Shown here one piece after another: positions 35,219-44,603 of a stretch of 64,000 nt of DNA. The stretch lies in assembly GCA_028819235.1 (NCBI GenBank), contig JAPPMC010000080.1:1412-65411 (forward strand), read 5' to 3'. The stretch's first letter is position 1. The number at the start of each line of letters is the position of its first letter. The notes below the pieces were generated by a model. The model saw only the letters and a list, made by a program, of their open reading frames with translations. It was not told where the DNA came from and made no database searches. The DNA is from Bryobacterales bacterium. Its GTDB lineage: Bacteria; Acidobacteriota; Terriglobia; Bryobacterales; UBA6623. The translations under genes were made by a program, and so were the position numbers.

Positions 35219-37084
35219 TCACGGATCCTCCTCAGGCGGCGCGACCAAAGTTATGATCGTCCAAGAGTTGGAGTCTTCCCCCCGCTCGGCGACGAACAGG
35301 TTGGCACCCAGCGGATTGTGCCGGCTCTCCTCGCAGATGGGTTCCGGAATGAGGGCTTGGAACGCCCCGCCAGTTATCTCTAGGCAACCTTCCCCGGATT
35401 CCCTGATCTCAAACCGCCCCGGAATCGTAACACCCCCCAGGTTCACCGAATAGATCTCCCCGACACACGAGTCGCCAGGATTGAGGACCAATCCCACGAC
35501 GCACGTCTGCTCGTCCTCCATGCCTCCGCCCGGATCCGCGCCGGGCATCGGGTCGGGATCCGGAGTCGGGTCTGGCGCGGGGGGCACCTCTACCTCAAGC
35601 ATGGCGCCGGCCGGGGACGTCACGTTGTCGACAATCAGCGAGACCGCATTATCTCCCGCCGGGGCCGCGGAGGGAACGCGAAAGCTCACCAGGTACAATC
35701 CGGCGAAGCCCGCCGTCGCGCCGGCAAAGGCAAGATCCGAGGCGGGCACCTCGAGTTGGCCGACCATCGCCTTGACGGAATCGGCAGCCAAGGTGTGCGG
35801 CCACACCGCGATCTCGCCGCTGGCCAGCGCCGGGTCCGTGGCCCCAAGACCGGTGGCGAGCACCATCACCAGATCGCCCGGCATCGCAGGGCGGGGATTC
35901 GCCGGTGGGACTTCGGCGTCCTCCGTATCCTCGGTCGCGGTCATGTCCTCTTCAGCACCGTTAGTCGTCGCCGCTTCGCCCTCGTCTTCTGTCTCAGGCG
36001 TTGGGAACAGGTCCAGCCCCTCTTCGCCGACGATCGAATAGTCGGCATGCAGTGCCGCCAGCCCGGACTCGGATTCGGAGAACTGGAACAGCGCCGGCTG
36101 AACGCTCGCGACCTGAAAGGTTGCGGTACCGCTGCGGACCTCTTGCGGCCCGTCCGTCGGCGAGTCGCAGTTGCGCGCGACCTGCACGGAGGCGGAACCC
36201 GCGGCCGTGCCGGGCGGCACCTGGAAGAGGATCCGTTCGGCGGCGACATGCAGCACAGGAGCGCGCACCTGATTCACCTCGACGCAGACGCCTCCGGCGA
36301 CCGTGGCCCAAGTCCCGTCCTCCGCGACACCCCCGGCGTACGTCGCGTCGGCTTCGGCAAAGTCCGTGCCGCTGATGGCGGCGACCGCTCCGGGGGCAGC
36401 CGTGCTGAGCGCCGTGTCGGCATCGCCCAGCATGGTGACGCCGCTGTCCGAGATCACGGGCGCGCCAAGCTCGGGCTCGGCCGCCTTCGGTTGCAGCGTT
36501 GCCTGGGCCGTGTAGATCTTGTCTCCCCGAACGTTCAGGCTGCCGTCAGCGGCGTTCCCCGCGACTGCGATCGTGATCGCCCCGACGCTCTCGGCAGGGG
36601 CTGTCCAAGATATTTCGAAGGTCGCCGACTGGCCCGCGCGGGGCAGCGTGTGGGTCGCCCACTGCACGGGCTGGCTCATGGAGCCGCATGTCCCTGAGAG
36701 TATCTTGATCTGCGTGCCGTCGTCGGTGTCGGTGGTGGCTAGGCTGCCGGCGGCGCCGCAGCCGTCGCCGGAACGCGCGGTGACCTGGAATCCGAGCCGG
36801 GCCGCGCTCGAGTCCTCGAAGGAAACAATCAGCGAGACGGTCTCGCCCGGGGTGTAGGAGTGCTCCTCCGCCGAGGATTCGCCAATCTTCAGAGCCAGCG
36901 TTCCCTCTCCGGAGTTGATCTCCCCGGCGTGGCACTGGGTGCACGCGCGCGCGTTCTCGCCGGGGAAGTTGCCTCCTGTGTAGCCTGGCAGTGCCCCTCT
37001 GGAGTGTCCCTCGGCCTGGGGCACAAGGGCGACCGACAGCACGAAAGCAGAGCAGAACGGGGCCGAAAGTCTCATTGCATGCAC
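35219..37084 (-). CDS. Secreted protein with N-terminal CxxCH heme-binding motif and Ig-like/TIGR03437-like C-terminal repeats
   Basis: 621 aa with a signal peptide. CTQCH is encoded at 36929-36943. Later segments (ISGTDFA..., RILFQVPPGTAAGSASVQV, GLYLVSFRVPSAAPAGDNAVSLIV) resemble the Solibacter-type uncharacterized C-terminal domain. The family assignment is tentative. Confidence 0.5.
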   Translation of the reverse strand: MHAMRLSAPFCSAFVLSVALVPQAEGHSRGALPGYTGGNFPGENARACTQCHAGEINSGEGTLALKIGESSAEEHSYTPGETVSLIVSFEDSSAARLGFQVTARSGDGCGAAGSLATTDTDDGTQIKILSGTCGSMSQPVQWATHTLPRAGQSATFEISWTAPAESVGAITIAVAGNAADGSLNVRGDKIYTAQATLQPKAAEPELGAPVISDSGVTMLGDADTALSTAAPGAVAAISGTDFAEADATYAGGVAEDGTWATVAGGVCVEVNQVRAPVLHVAAERILFQVPPGTAAGSASVQVARNCDSPTDGPQEVRSGTATFQVASVQPALFQFSESESGLAALHADYSIVGEEGLDLFPTPETEDEGEAATTNGAEEDMTATEDTEDAEVPPANPRPAMPGDLVMVLATGLGATDPALASGEIAVWPHTLAADSVKAMVGQLEVPASDLAFAGATAGFAGLYLVSFRVPSAAPAGDNAVSLIVDNVTSPAGAMLEVEVPPAPDPTPDPDPMPGADPGGGMEDEQTCVVGLVLNPGDSCVGEIYSVNLGGVTIPGRFEIRESGEGCLEITGGAFQALIPEPICEESRHNPLGANLFVAERGEDSNSWTIITLVAPPEEDP

Positions 37085-37110
37085 CTCGCGCGTGTATTAC
37101 TCTACACCGG

Positions 37111-38778
37111 CTAGGCCGACGCCCCCCGGTCGGCCGATGGATCCGAACCGGGCCTGCCTGCCTGCCAGATGAACTCCGCCGCCTGCCTGTAACGCGCGTA
37201 CGCCGGAGCGTATTTCTTCGCACGGGCGCGATTCGGTGGCACGATTGTGCCCTGGCGGCCATTCACGCCCTTGCGGACACCGCCGATCGTGCGCACCGCC
37301 GAGCGCACGGAACTGAAGCCCCCGGCACGCTTGCCCGCGGCGACGGCCCCAAGGATCGCAGCTCCCAGCGCAGGCCCCTGGCGAGAAGGATGGATGAGAA
37401 TGCTCTCCCCAAGCACGTCCGCCGCAACCTGCACGAACAGCGGGTTGCGGTGCGGCAGGCCGCCGGTGGCGATGAATTTTCTCACGGGCAGCCCCTTCTC
37501 GCGAAGCAGCTCCACGATCCAGCGCAGCCCGAAAGCCGTCGACTCAAGGAGCGCCCGGTACAGATGGTGCGGCTCATGTCCCAAAGTTAGACCGAGGAAT
37601 CCCCCCCGAAGGTTTCCATCCATCAGCGGCGTACGGCATCCGTTGAACCAGTCCACGCAGACCACACCCTCCGCGCCAGGCTCCAGATCGCCCGCCTTGG
37701 CGGTGAGCTGTACGAAGTTTTTCTTGCCGACAAGGCGCCGGAGCCAATCGAACGCGTCTCCGACGGCGGCCTGGCCGGTCTCGTAGCCGAACATTCCGGG
37801 TAGGATTCCGTCCCTGACGACACCGGCGACGCCGGGCACGGATCGGTACTCGGTGGCGTTGATCATGTGGCACGAACTGGTCCCGCAGACCATCACCAGA
37901 GCGCCAGGGTCGGCCGCCCCCACGCCGGGCACGCCGGCGTGCGCGTCGATGATGGCTGTACTAACCGGCGTGCCGGCCTTCAGCCCTAAGCGCCTGGCCA
38001 TTTCCGGCGAAAGTCGGCCGGCGATCTGCCCGGGAACGCGCATGCGGCCCGGCATCTTCGTGCGCACGACGTCCACCAGCTCCGGGTGCACCGCCCGCAG
38101 GAATGGCTTGGACGGAAAGCCGTCCTGCGAGCTCCACATGCCCTTGTACCCGGCCTGGCAGGTGGACCGCGCAGCTTGGTCGGCAGGGCCCCCGACCAGC
38201 TGCCACACCAGCCAGTCCCCGGCCTCGATCCAGACCTCCGCGGCGCGGTAGACCTCCGGAGCGTTCTGGAGGGTCTCGAGAAGCTTCGGGAAGAACCACT
38301 CCAGGCCGACCGTACCGCCGTACCTCTCGAGGAAGGGCTCTCGCCTCTGGTGCGCCACCCTGTTGATGTGTTCCGTCTGGCTGATTGCGCCGTGGTGCTT
38401 CCAGAGCTTCGGCCAAGCCAGTGGATTCTTGCTGAACTCTGGAAGCACGCACAAGGGCGTGCCGTCCCGCAACGCGGGAAGCATGGTGCAGCTCGTGAAG
38501 TCGACGCCAATCCCGATGACCCGGGCGCGCTTGTCCGCGACCTTGCGCCAAGCGCCGCGCGTTGCGCGCGCCGCCGCCGCCACCCAGTCGACGGGATGCT
38601 GCAGGGCATACCTCGGCGGCAGCCGCTGGCCGCTGCCGGGCAGCTTCGTTGTGATCTGGCCGTGCTTGTATCGGGACGACGCCCAACCGTGCTGGTTGCC
38701 GTCCAAGTCGACGAACAGCGCCCGCACGGACTCCGTTCCGAAGTCGAGCCCGACCGCTAGTGCTTCCTTATCCGGCAA
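37111..38778 (-). CDS. araB: FGGY-family carbohydrate kinase, ribulokinase-like
   Basis: 555 aa. N-terminal AVGLDFGTESVRALFVD, and colinear with E. coli AraB by eye (GIGVDFTSCT, WFNGCRTP, GGLPHRN). No araA or araD is nearby. Confidence 0.75.
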   Translation of the reverse strand: MPDKEALAVGLDFGTESVRALFVDLDGNQHGWASSRYKHGQITTKLPGSGQRLPPRYALQHPVDWVAAAARATRGAWRKVADKRARVIGIGVDFTSCTMLPALRDGTPLCVLPEFSKNPLAWPKLWKHHGAISQTEHINRVAHQRREPFLERYGGTVGLEWFFPKLLETLQNAPEVYRAAEVWIEAGDWLVWQLVGGPADQAARSTCQAGYKGMWSSQDGFPSKPFLRAVHPELVDVVRTKMPGRMRVPGQIAGRLSPEMARRLGLKAGTPVSTAIIDAHAGVPGVGAADPGALVMVCGTSSCHMINATEYRSVPGVAGVVRDGILPGMFGYETGQAAVGDAFDWLRRLVGKKNFVQLTAKAGDLEPGAEGVVCVDWFNGCRTPLMDGNLRGGFLGLTLGHEPHHLYRALLESTAFGLRWIVELLREKGLPVRKFIATGGLPHRNPLFVQVAADVLGESILIHPSRQGPALGAAILGAVAAGKRAGGFSSVRSAVRTIGGVRKGVNGRQGTIVPPNRARAKKYAPAYARYRQAAEFIWQAGRPGSDPSADRGASA

Positions 38779-38944
38779 TTGCCGACCACTCCACCTTAGA
38801 CATGCTCGTAACCCTCCATCCTAGCCGGAATCCGGCTCCCAAGGCTACCTATTTGGGCGCGGCCAGTGCCGCAGCGGGGCCTAATGGGGGGGCAATGAAG
38901 CCCGATCCGGCCCCATTCGGACGGGGCGCCGGTTGCCCTGTCGG

Positions 38945-41900
38945 CTACGGACAGTCCGCGTATTCGGACGCCAAGCACTTCGCGGCCAGCGCGCCAGCCT
39001 CGCTCAGTTGCGCTTCGCTCAGCGACCGCCGCACGCCTTCCCGTCCGATCCTCGCCCGCGCCTCGCCATTCTGGACCGCCAGTTCGAGCCAGACCAGCGC
39101 GACAACGTCGTCCTGGCGGACACCGTTCCCATTCGCGTAGGCCTCCCCAAGCCTCCACTGCGCGTAGGCATTCCCTTGGACGGCGCTCAGGCGGTACCAC
39201 CGAGTCGCTTGGGCGAGATCCTGTGCACCAGCTTTCCCTTGTTCATTCAGCCAACCCATGGCTGCCTGTCCGCCGTCGTAGCCCCTCTGCGCGGCGCGGA
39301 GGATCCAGCGGGCTCCCTCTCGGACTTCAGCCTCGCTGCTGTTCCCCAAGACCAGCATCCACCCGAGAGAGATCTGTGCCCACGGTTCACCGCGATCCGC
39401 GGCAAGACGGTACCAGTAGGCTGCGGCGGCGCTGTCGTGGGCCACCCCGCTGCCGTCCTCGTGCAACAGCCCCATCTGCCGCTGGGCCCCAGCGTGGCCC
39501 TGCTGCGCCGCCCGGCGCAGCCATTGGGCACCGACCGCGGCGTCCTGTGGGACACCCAAGCCGTAGGCATGCAGCACGCCGAGCCCGTACTGCCCGGCGG
39601 CGTTCCCCTGAGCCGCCGATAGGCCGTACCACCGCAGCGCGGCTTCGTAGTCCTGCGCCAAGGACGGGCCGAAGCTCTCGTAGCGCCTGTGGAGGTCGGC
39701 CAGAGCTGCCTGGGCCGCCGGGTCCCCGCGCCCGGCCGACTCCCGCAGGGTTTGCACCATGCCCTCAGTGCCTTCCGGGGCTTCCCGCCCGACAGGCTGC
39801 AAGAGCCACGTGAGCAGTTCGGCGTACCTCGGAGGCAACTCGCGCATGTCGCGCGCCGTCTTGTACAGCAGTCCGAGCCGGAACAGCACTTCGGAGATGC
39901 CTGGGCGGCGCAGCGCCTGAGTGGTCCGCGCCGCCTCCGAAGGGTCGACGGCGGCAGGCTCCACCGCCCATCCCAGTCCCGGGCCGAGCGCCGACCGGTC
40001 CGACACGCGGTATGTCACGCCGTCCCATTCCCCGAACGAGAACCTCCTGAACGGCCAACCCGCGATCAGGTCCCCATCTTGGATGGGGACTCCGGCGTAG
40101 AAGTGCTGCCCTTCTCTGGCGCGCAACACTCGTACCCGGTAGCCGCTTCCACCTACCGAGACCTCCACCGAAGACGGCATGTCCTGCGAGGGGACCACCG
40201 TCCAGCCAGGCTCCAGCGCCACGACGCGGTTGTTGCGGGCGTCCGCGATCAGGAGGGATCCGTTCGGGCCTATGGCCGCCTGGAACGGCTGATGAAGGCG
40301 AGCGTCCGTGGAAGGCCCCCCAGCCGAACCTTGAGACGCCGCCCCGACGCCGGTGATCGTTGCGGCGATCCCATTCGCGGCAACTCGCCTCAAGGCATTG
40401 TTCCCCGTGTCCGTGACATACACCTCGCCGGCGTCGCTCGCTGCCACGCCCCGGGGGATGGCAAGCGTGGCGCTGGCGGCCGGGCCGCCGTCGCCCGTAC
40501 GCCCCCGCTCGCCGGTTCCCATCAGCGTTGCGATGCGCCCGTCGGGAGCGATTCTGCGGACACGATTGTTGCCGGTGTCCGCCACGAACAGGTTTCCGGC
40601 GCCGTCGAGAGCCACGCCTTTGGGGAACCGCAGCAGGGCACGCCCGGCTGGGCCGCCGTCGCCGCCGTACCCGAGCAGGCCGACACCCGCAATGGTGTCG
40701 ATCCGGTCTGCAAGGACCCTCCGGATGCGGTGGTTCCCGCTGTCGGCGATGTAGACTGCCCCGTCGGTGCCCACCGCCAGGCCGGCCGGCTCCGACAGCA
40801 TGGCAGCCATGGCCGACGAACCGTCGCCCGCGAAACCTGCCTCTCCCACGCCGGCCACGGTGCGAATGATGCCGGCGCGGTCGATCGCGCGGATGCGGTG
40901 ATTGCCCGTGTCGGCTACAAAAAGCGACCCGTCGGGCCCGACCGCGAGCCCTCTCGGAGCCCGCAGCCTTGCCTCTAACGCGCTCCGGCCATCGCCCGCG
41001 AAGCCCGCCTCCCCGGTGCCGGCGAGCGTCGAGATAAGCCCGTCTGGGCCGATCCTGCGAATCCTGTGGTTGTCCGTGTCGGAGATGTACATGGCGCCGT
41101 CGGAGCCGACAGCCACCCCCGAAGGGTTTGCCAGACGCGCTTCCAGCGAACTACCTCCATCGCCCGCGAAACCGTACAGGCCGGACCCAGCGACCGGCCT
41201 GTACGTCAGCCCGTGCGAGCCCAGCGGAATGCCGGACGGAACGTGCTCAAATCTCCAGTCCCCCGGACTCGGCCCCGGCACGACCTGCTGCGTGCCCAGT
41301 TCGGCGTGCGTGATGCCGGATCCGGCGGTGAGATCCGTATCCCCGAGCCAGAAACGCCCATCGACCGTGTCCCGGACTGCTAATTCGGCGCCGCCCGGCA
41401 GCCGCAGCGTGACCGGTCGCTCAAGGAGCTCCGCAGTCCAAGTGCCGTCGTCACTCTGGACAAGCCTGTACTTCCGCCCGTCCGGGACGCCTATCTCGGA
41501 CCCGCTGGTGACCTGCTCGTCGCCAAGCCAGTAGGTGTCGTCCCCGGCCCTGACAAGCGTGAGGGTGTCGCCTCCGTCCCCGAGTGAGACCTTGACCTCG
41601 TTTGCCTGTGCCGGGACGGCATCCTCAACCGCCGAGGCGGACTCGAAGAACTCGCGGGTCTCGGCAAAGATGTCCCGGAAGCGGAGCAGGACTGCGCGCT
41701 GGTCCGGGTCGCACGCCTCCAGGCCGGCGGCTCCCCCGACAACGATGCCGACCAGCAGCCCATCCGCCAAGCGCACGGCGCCAGCTCCGGACGAGCCATG
41801 CTCGGCGGCACCTCGCGACCACCGGATGCCCGTGAATGTGCCGGCCCTACGGTCGGTCCAGTCGGTCGGTACGGCCGTGCCGAACGAGATTCTCCGAAAC

Positions 41901-43093
41901 GAAAACCCCGGGTGGGAGACCATAGCAAGCTGTGCGCCGGAAACCACCGGATCGGGGGCCCAGCCGAGGGCGGTCCACGAGGTGACGGCCCTCACGTCCC
42001 GGGCGTCAAGTCGCAGCAGCGCGAAGTCACCGGCGTAGTCGTGCCGGAGGGCGAGGAGGTCGGATCCCTCTGTCATGACTAAGGCACTGGGCGGAGGCGG
42101 GACGCCGTTGCAGCGGTCCGTCTGGTAGTTCCAGGTGAACACCGCGTTCGCTGCCTCGTCCGCGCCCTGGATGCAGTGGCCGGCCGTCAGCATCAGGAGA
42201 TGCTCCTGGAATCCGTAGCGCGAGTTGACCAGCGTTCCCGTGCACTGCAGCGTGGCGTCCTCGTCCGTCACGAGCAACTGCACGCTTGATGGGAAGTCCG
42301 GGTCCTGCCACTCGGGATGGCAGGACACATCAAGGTGACACGAAGCCACCGACCGTCTCAGCGGGAGGAAGCTTGGCGCGCCAGGCCCAAGCGCAGCCGA
42401 CTTCGGCGGCCCTCCTGGAATCGAGACGAGGTGAGCCAAGGCCGCGATGCGGAATGGCGACTCGACTTTCTGTCGGCCCGCGGGGTCCTCCACGTATTCG
42501 ACCGTGACGGCATCGGAAACGACGACGCCGGTCCAGAAGTCCCCAACATCCCGAGGGCCTCGGCCAGTGTACGGGCCCGTGTGCCCGGCGGACGAACCGG
42601 CCGGATACACGAAGACCCGCCCTCGCGTCCCGAAGCCGACCAATCGAAGACGGACGGCCCTAGCTCCCGGTGAGCGGATAGTTGCGCGCCATACCCTGAT
42701 GCCCCCGATCTGCGTCCACCGCCCGTGGCCCGCCAAGGGATTCCCTGGCTGCGGGCCGATGTCAACGCCGGGGGGAATGTCACGCGTCGGGCCCAGCCAA
42801 GAGACGCCCGGTTCGCTGGCCACCCCCTCGAACACTGCCTCCTCCAGTCGCTGCAAGACGGTCTGCGGCGGCAGGGGCGACCTTCCTCGGGCTATCGGAC
42901 GAGGAAAGGCGGCGTGGCGCCCAACCGGGGGAATCCGATGCTGCACCGCCGGTGAGATGGCCCGGGGGACCGTGCTTTGGGCCTTCAGGAAAACGGGCCC
43001 GAGCACCACGGTCGGGCATGCGACCAACACGGTTGCCGCCAAGCGCGCGACGGATCGCACCGAGACTGGTCCGGTGCAAACGAAGCGCTCCAT
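38945..43093 (-). CDS. 1382-aa exported multidomain protein: trypsin-like S1 serine protease + six NHL repeats + Sel1-like repeats
   Basis: Signal peptide. S1 triad candidates are LTAGHC (encoded near 42170-42193), GDFALLRL and EHGSSGAGAV (near 41783-41805). Six NHL repeats (GDG..A..A.L..P.G.AV..DG..Y.AD..NHRIRR) fall at about 40210-41190. C-terminal Sel1/SLR repeats (AAQGNAAGQYGLGVLHAYGLGVPQD and similar) fall at about 38950-39700. Confidence 0.8.
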   Translation of the reverse strand: MERFVCTGPVSVRSVARLAATVLVACPTVVLGPVFLKAQSTVPRAISPAVQHRIPPVGRHAAFPRPIARGRSPLPPQTVLQRLEEAVFEGVASEPGVSWLGPTRDIPPGVDIGPQPGNPLAGHGRWTQIGGIRVWRATIRSPGARAVRLRLVGFGTRGRVFVYPAGSSAGHTGPYTGRGPRDVGDFWTGVVVSDAVTVEYVEDPAGRQKVESPFRIAALAHLVSIPGGPPKSAALGPGAPSFLPLRRSVASCHLDVSCHPEWQDPDFPSSVQLLVTDEDATLQCTGTLVNSRYGFQEHLLMLTAGHCIQGADEAANAVFTWNYQTDRCNGVPPPPSALVMTEGSDLLALRHDYAGDFALLRLDARDVRAVTSWTALGWAPDPVVSGAQLAMVSHPGFSFRRISFGTAVPTDWTDRRAGTFTGIRWSRGAAEHGSSGAGAVRLADGLLVGIVVGGAAGLEACDPDQRAVLLRFRDIFAETREFFESASAVEDAVPAQANEVKVSLGDGGDTLTLVRAGDDTYWLGDEQVTSGSEIGVPDGRKYRLVQSDDGTWTAELLERPVTLRLPGGAELAVRDTVDGRFWLGDTDLTAGSGITHAELGTQQVVPGPSPGDWRFEHVPSGIPLGSHGLTYRPVAGSGLYGFAGDGGSSLEARLANPSGVAVGSDGAMYISDTDNHRIRRIGPDGLISTLAGTGEAGFAGDGRSALEARLRAPRGLAVGPDGSLFVADTGNHRIRAIDRAGIIRTVAGVGEAGFAGDGSSAMAAMLSEPAGLAVGTDGAVYIADSGNHRIRRVLADRIDTIAGVGLLGYGGDGGPAGRALLRFPKGVALDGAGNLFVADTGNNRVRRIAPDGRIATLMGTGERGRTGDGGPAASATLAIPRGVAASDAGEVYVTDTGNNALRRVAANGIAATITGVGAASQGSAGGPSTDARLHQPFQAAIGPNGSLLIADARNNRVVALEPGWTVVPSQDMPSSVEVSVGGSGYRVRVLRAREGQHFYAGVPIQDGDLIAGWPFRRFSFGEWDGVTYRVSDRSALGPGLGWAVEPAAVDPSEAARTTQALRRPGISEVLFRLGLLYKTARDMRELPPRYAELLTWLLQPVGREAPEGTEGMVQTLRESAGRGDPAAQAALADLHRRYESFGPSLAQDYEAALRWYGLSAAQGNAAGQYGLGVLHAYGLGVPQDAAVGAQWLRRAAQQGHAGAQRQMGLLHEDGSGVAHDSAAAAYWYRLAADRGEPWAQISLGWMLVLGNSSEAEVREGARWILRAAQRGYDGGQAAMGWLNEQGKAGAQDLAQATRWYRLSAVQGNAYAQWRLGEAYANGNGVRQDDVVALVWLELAVQNGEARARIGREGVRRSLSEAQLSEAGALAAKCLASEYADCP

Positions 43094-43474
43094 CAGTGCG
43101 CACAGGAGCCCGACCGCAACCCTCGACGAAGCGGGCGAGCCGAGAATAGCATGCTCCTGATCGATTGCTTACGGACGCTCGTGCCACGGATTCTGCCGTT
43201 GCACCAATCGCAGGCAGTTGGCACCGATAGCCACGCGGTCACCAGAGCCCATGGCCAGCGACGCGCGCGGCCTTGTCGGGAAATGACGGTCCTTCCGGTC
43301 AGGCACGTCCTGCACGTCACGTCGCAAGAGGCGGCTCAGTCGGCAGTCGGCCGGCGAGAATAAGTGCTCCGGGGGTGGTTGGGCACGTCGACAACGGTGA
43401 CGAAACGCGCGGCACCGGCGCGGCCGACCGGATTCTGGCCACGTGGCTATCCGTCCCCCTCCATGGCAGCAATG

Positions 43475-43495
43475 CTAGAGTCGGATTCCCTCTAG
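43475..43495. repeat. Palindrome CTAGAG-N9-CTCTAG immediately upstream of the GIY-YIG-like gene
   Basis: Read directly from the sequence. A similar element, ATGGAGA-N8-TCTCCAT with a related spacer (TCGGGGAT vs TCGGATTCC), lies at 48173-48194 at the other edge of the low-GC islet. Confidence 0.35.
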
Positions 43496-43505
43496 ACTTG
43501 TAGGC

Positions 43506-43895
43506 ATGTCTGTCTTGGGGGTGCAGCCGTACTCATCGGAAGAACTCGCTCTCGCATGGGGGAAGTGCACAGGCGGTCAATGGTGCCTGCTCAGAAGCCT
43601 CAATTTGCAACATCCCGCATTCGAGGGTTTGCATGGCGTGTACATCATCTGGCACGGGGGAAGCGATCCTCGCGTGGTGTACGTAGGGCAGGGGGCGATC
43701 GCGGATCGGCTGGGCACGCACCGAACATCCCCTAACATCCTGCGATACGCCGCAGAGGGTCTGTTCGTGACCTGGAGCCGGGTACAGCTCGCCCGGATGG
43801 ACGGTGTCGAGAGCTTTCTGGTGAAGGCTCTGAATCCCTTGGAGAACAAGGCGGTCCCCTCTGCCCCGCCCGTCTCAGTCAACTTTCCTTGGTAA
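43506..43895 (+). CDS. Small GIY-YIG-like nuclease domain protein
   Basis: 129 aa. The motif order fits GIY-YIG: GVYIIW ... VVYVGQG ... ADRLGTHR ... VESFLVKALNPLEN. Confidence 0.5.
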   Translation: MSVLGVQPYSSEELALAWGKCTGGQWCLLRSLNLQHPAFEGLHGVYIIWHGGSDPRVVYVGQGAIADRLGTHRTSPNILRYAAEGLFVTWSRVQLARMDGVESFLVKALNPLENKAVPSAPPVSVNFPW

Positions 43896-44603
43896 TGCCT
43901 GCTGGTGTTCGAGGACGCCGAGCGGGTCGAGGTATCTAGCCAGCAAGAATCTCCGATGGAGCGGAGAAAGCCAAGGCGAGCAGTCAGCGGATGCCAACGG
44001 GCCAGCCGGCGCAGACACTTCCGACGGTGGTGGAGAATCCGGGTACGCTGACGACCAACACGGTCGTACTACGGCGAGCGGAGGGGCACGAGGTGGATCT
44101 GCTGTCGCAGCCCACGAAGTTCCCCGAGCGGGCGCTATACCTGTTGGGAGTGGACACCGAGAGCATTGCTGCCAGGGCCAGGCCAACTGAATGCAGGCGG
44201 CTGGACGGTTCGCCCGGCTTGGGGGGCTCAGTCGAACGGTGACGGCCCGCCTAGAGACGGAAACCGCTTTGCGGCTTAGATTGGGCGCGACAGGCGAGGA
44301 AATACTCAGTTCATTCGCAGTTCGTGCGCTATTGAAATAAATTGAAGCTCTCGGCCAACGGATCCAATTCAACCATGTTCACGTTTCGCACTTGAGGCCA
44401 GCCGCAATCGACAAGTGAAGATCAGCCTACGCGACCGCACCCGTATTGTGATACTGTCACACGTACAGGATGGCACTAGTCCCATGTCCCGAACGCCTTG
44501 GAAGCTCCTACCACATCAACTTCGAGTTTCGCCGACGGCTCTCGCCGCCTATCGTGTGTGCCCGCGTGGCACCGAATCTCGATTCCACCTTCCAGGAACC
44601 TGA

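Noticed and set aside
43875-44372. 165-aa minus-strand ORF and 83-aa plus-strand ORF (43991..44242) between the GIY-YIG-like gene and the ATPase gene
   Set aside because: They overlap each other and are Pro/Ala/Arg/Ser-rich, with no start context or recognisable motif. I treat the region as non-coding or decayed, and it is flagged in the findings instead.
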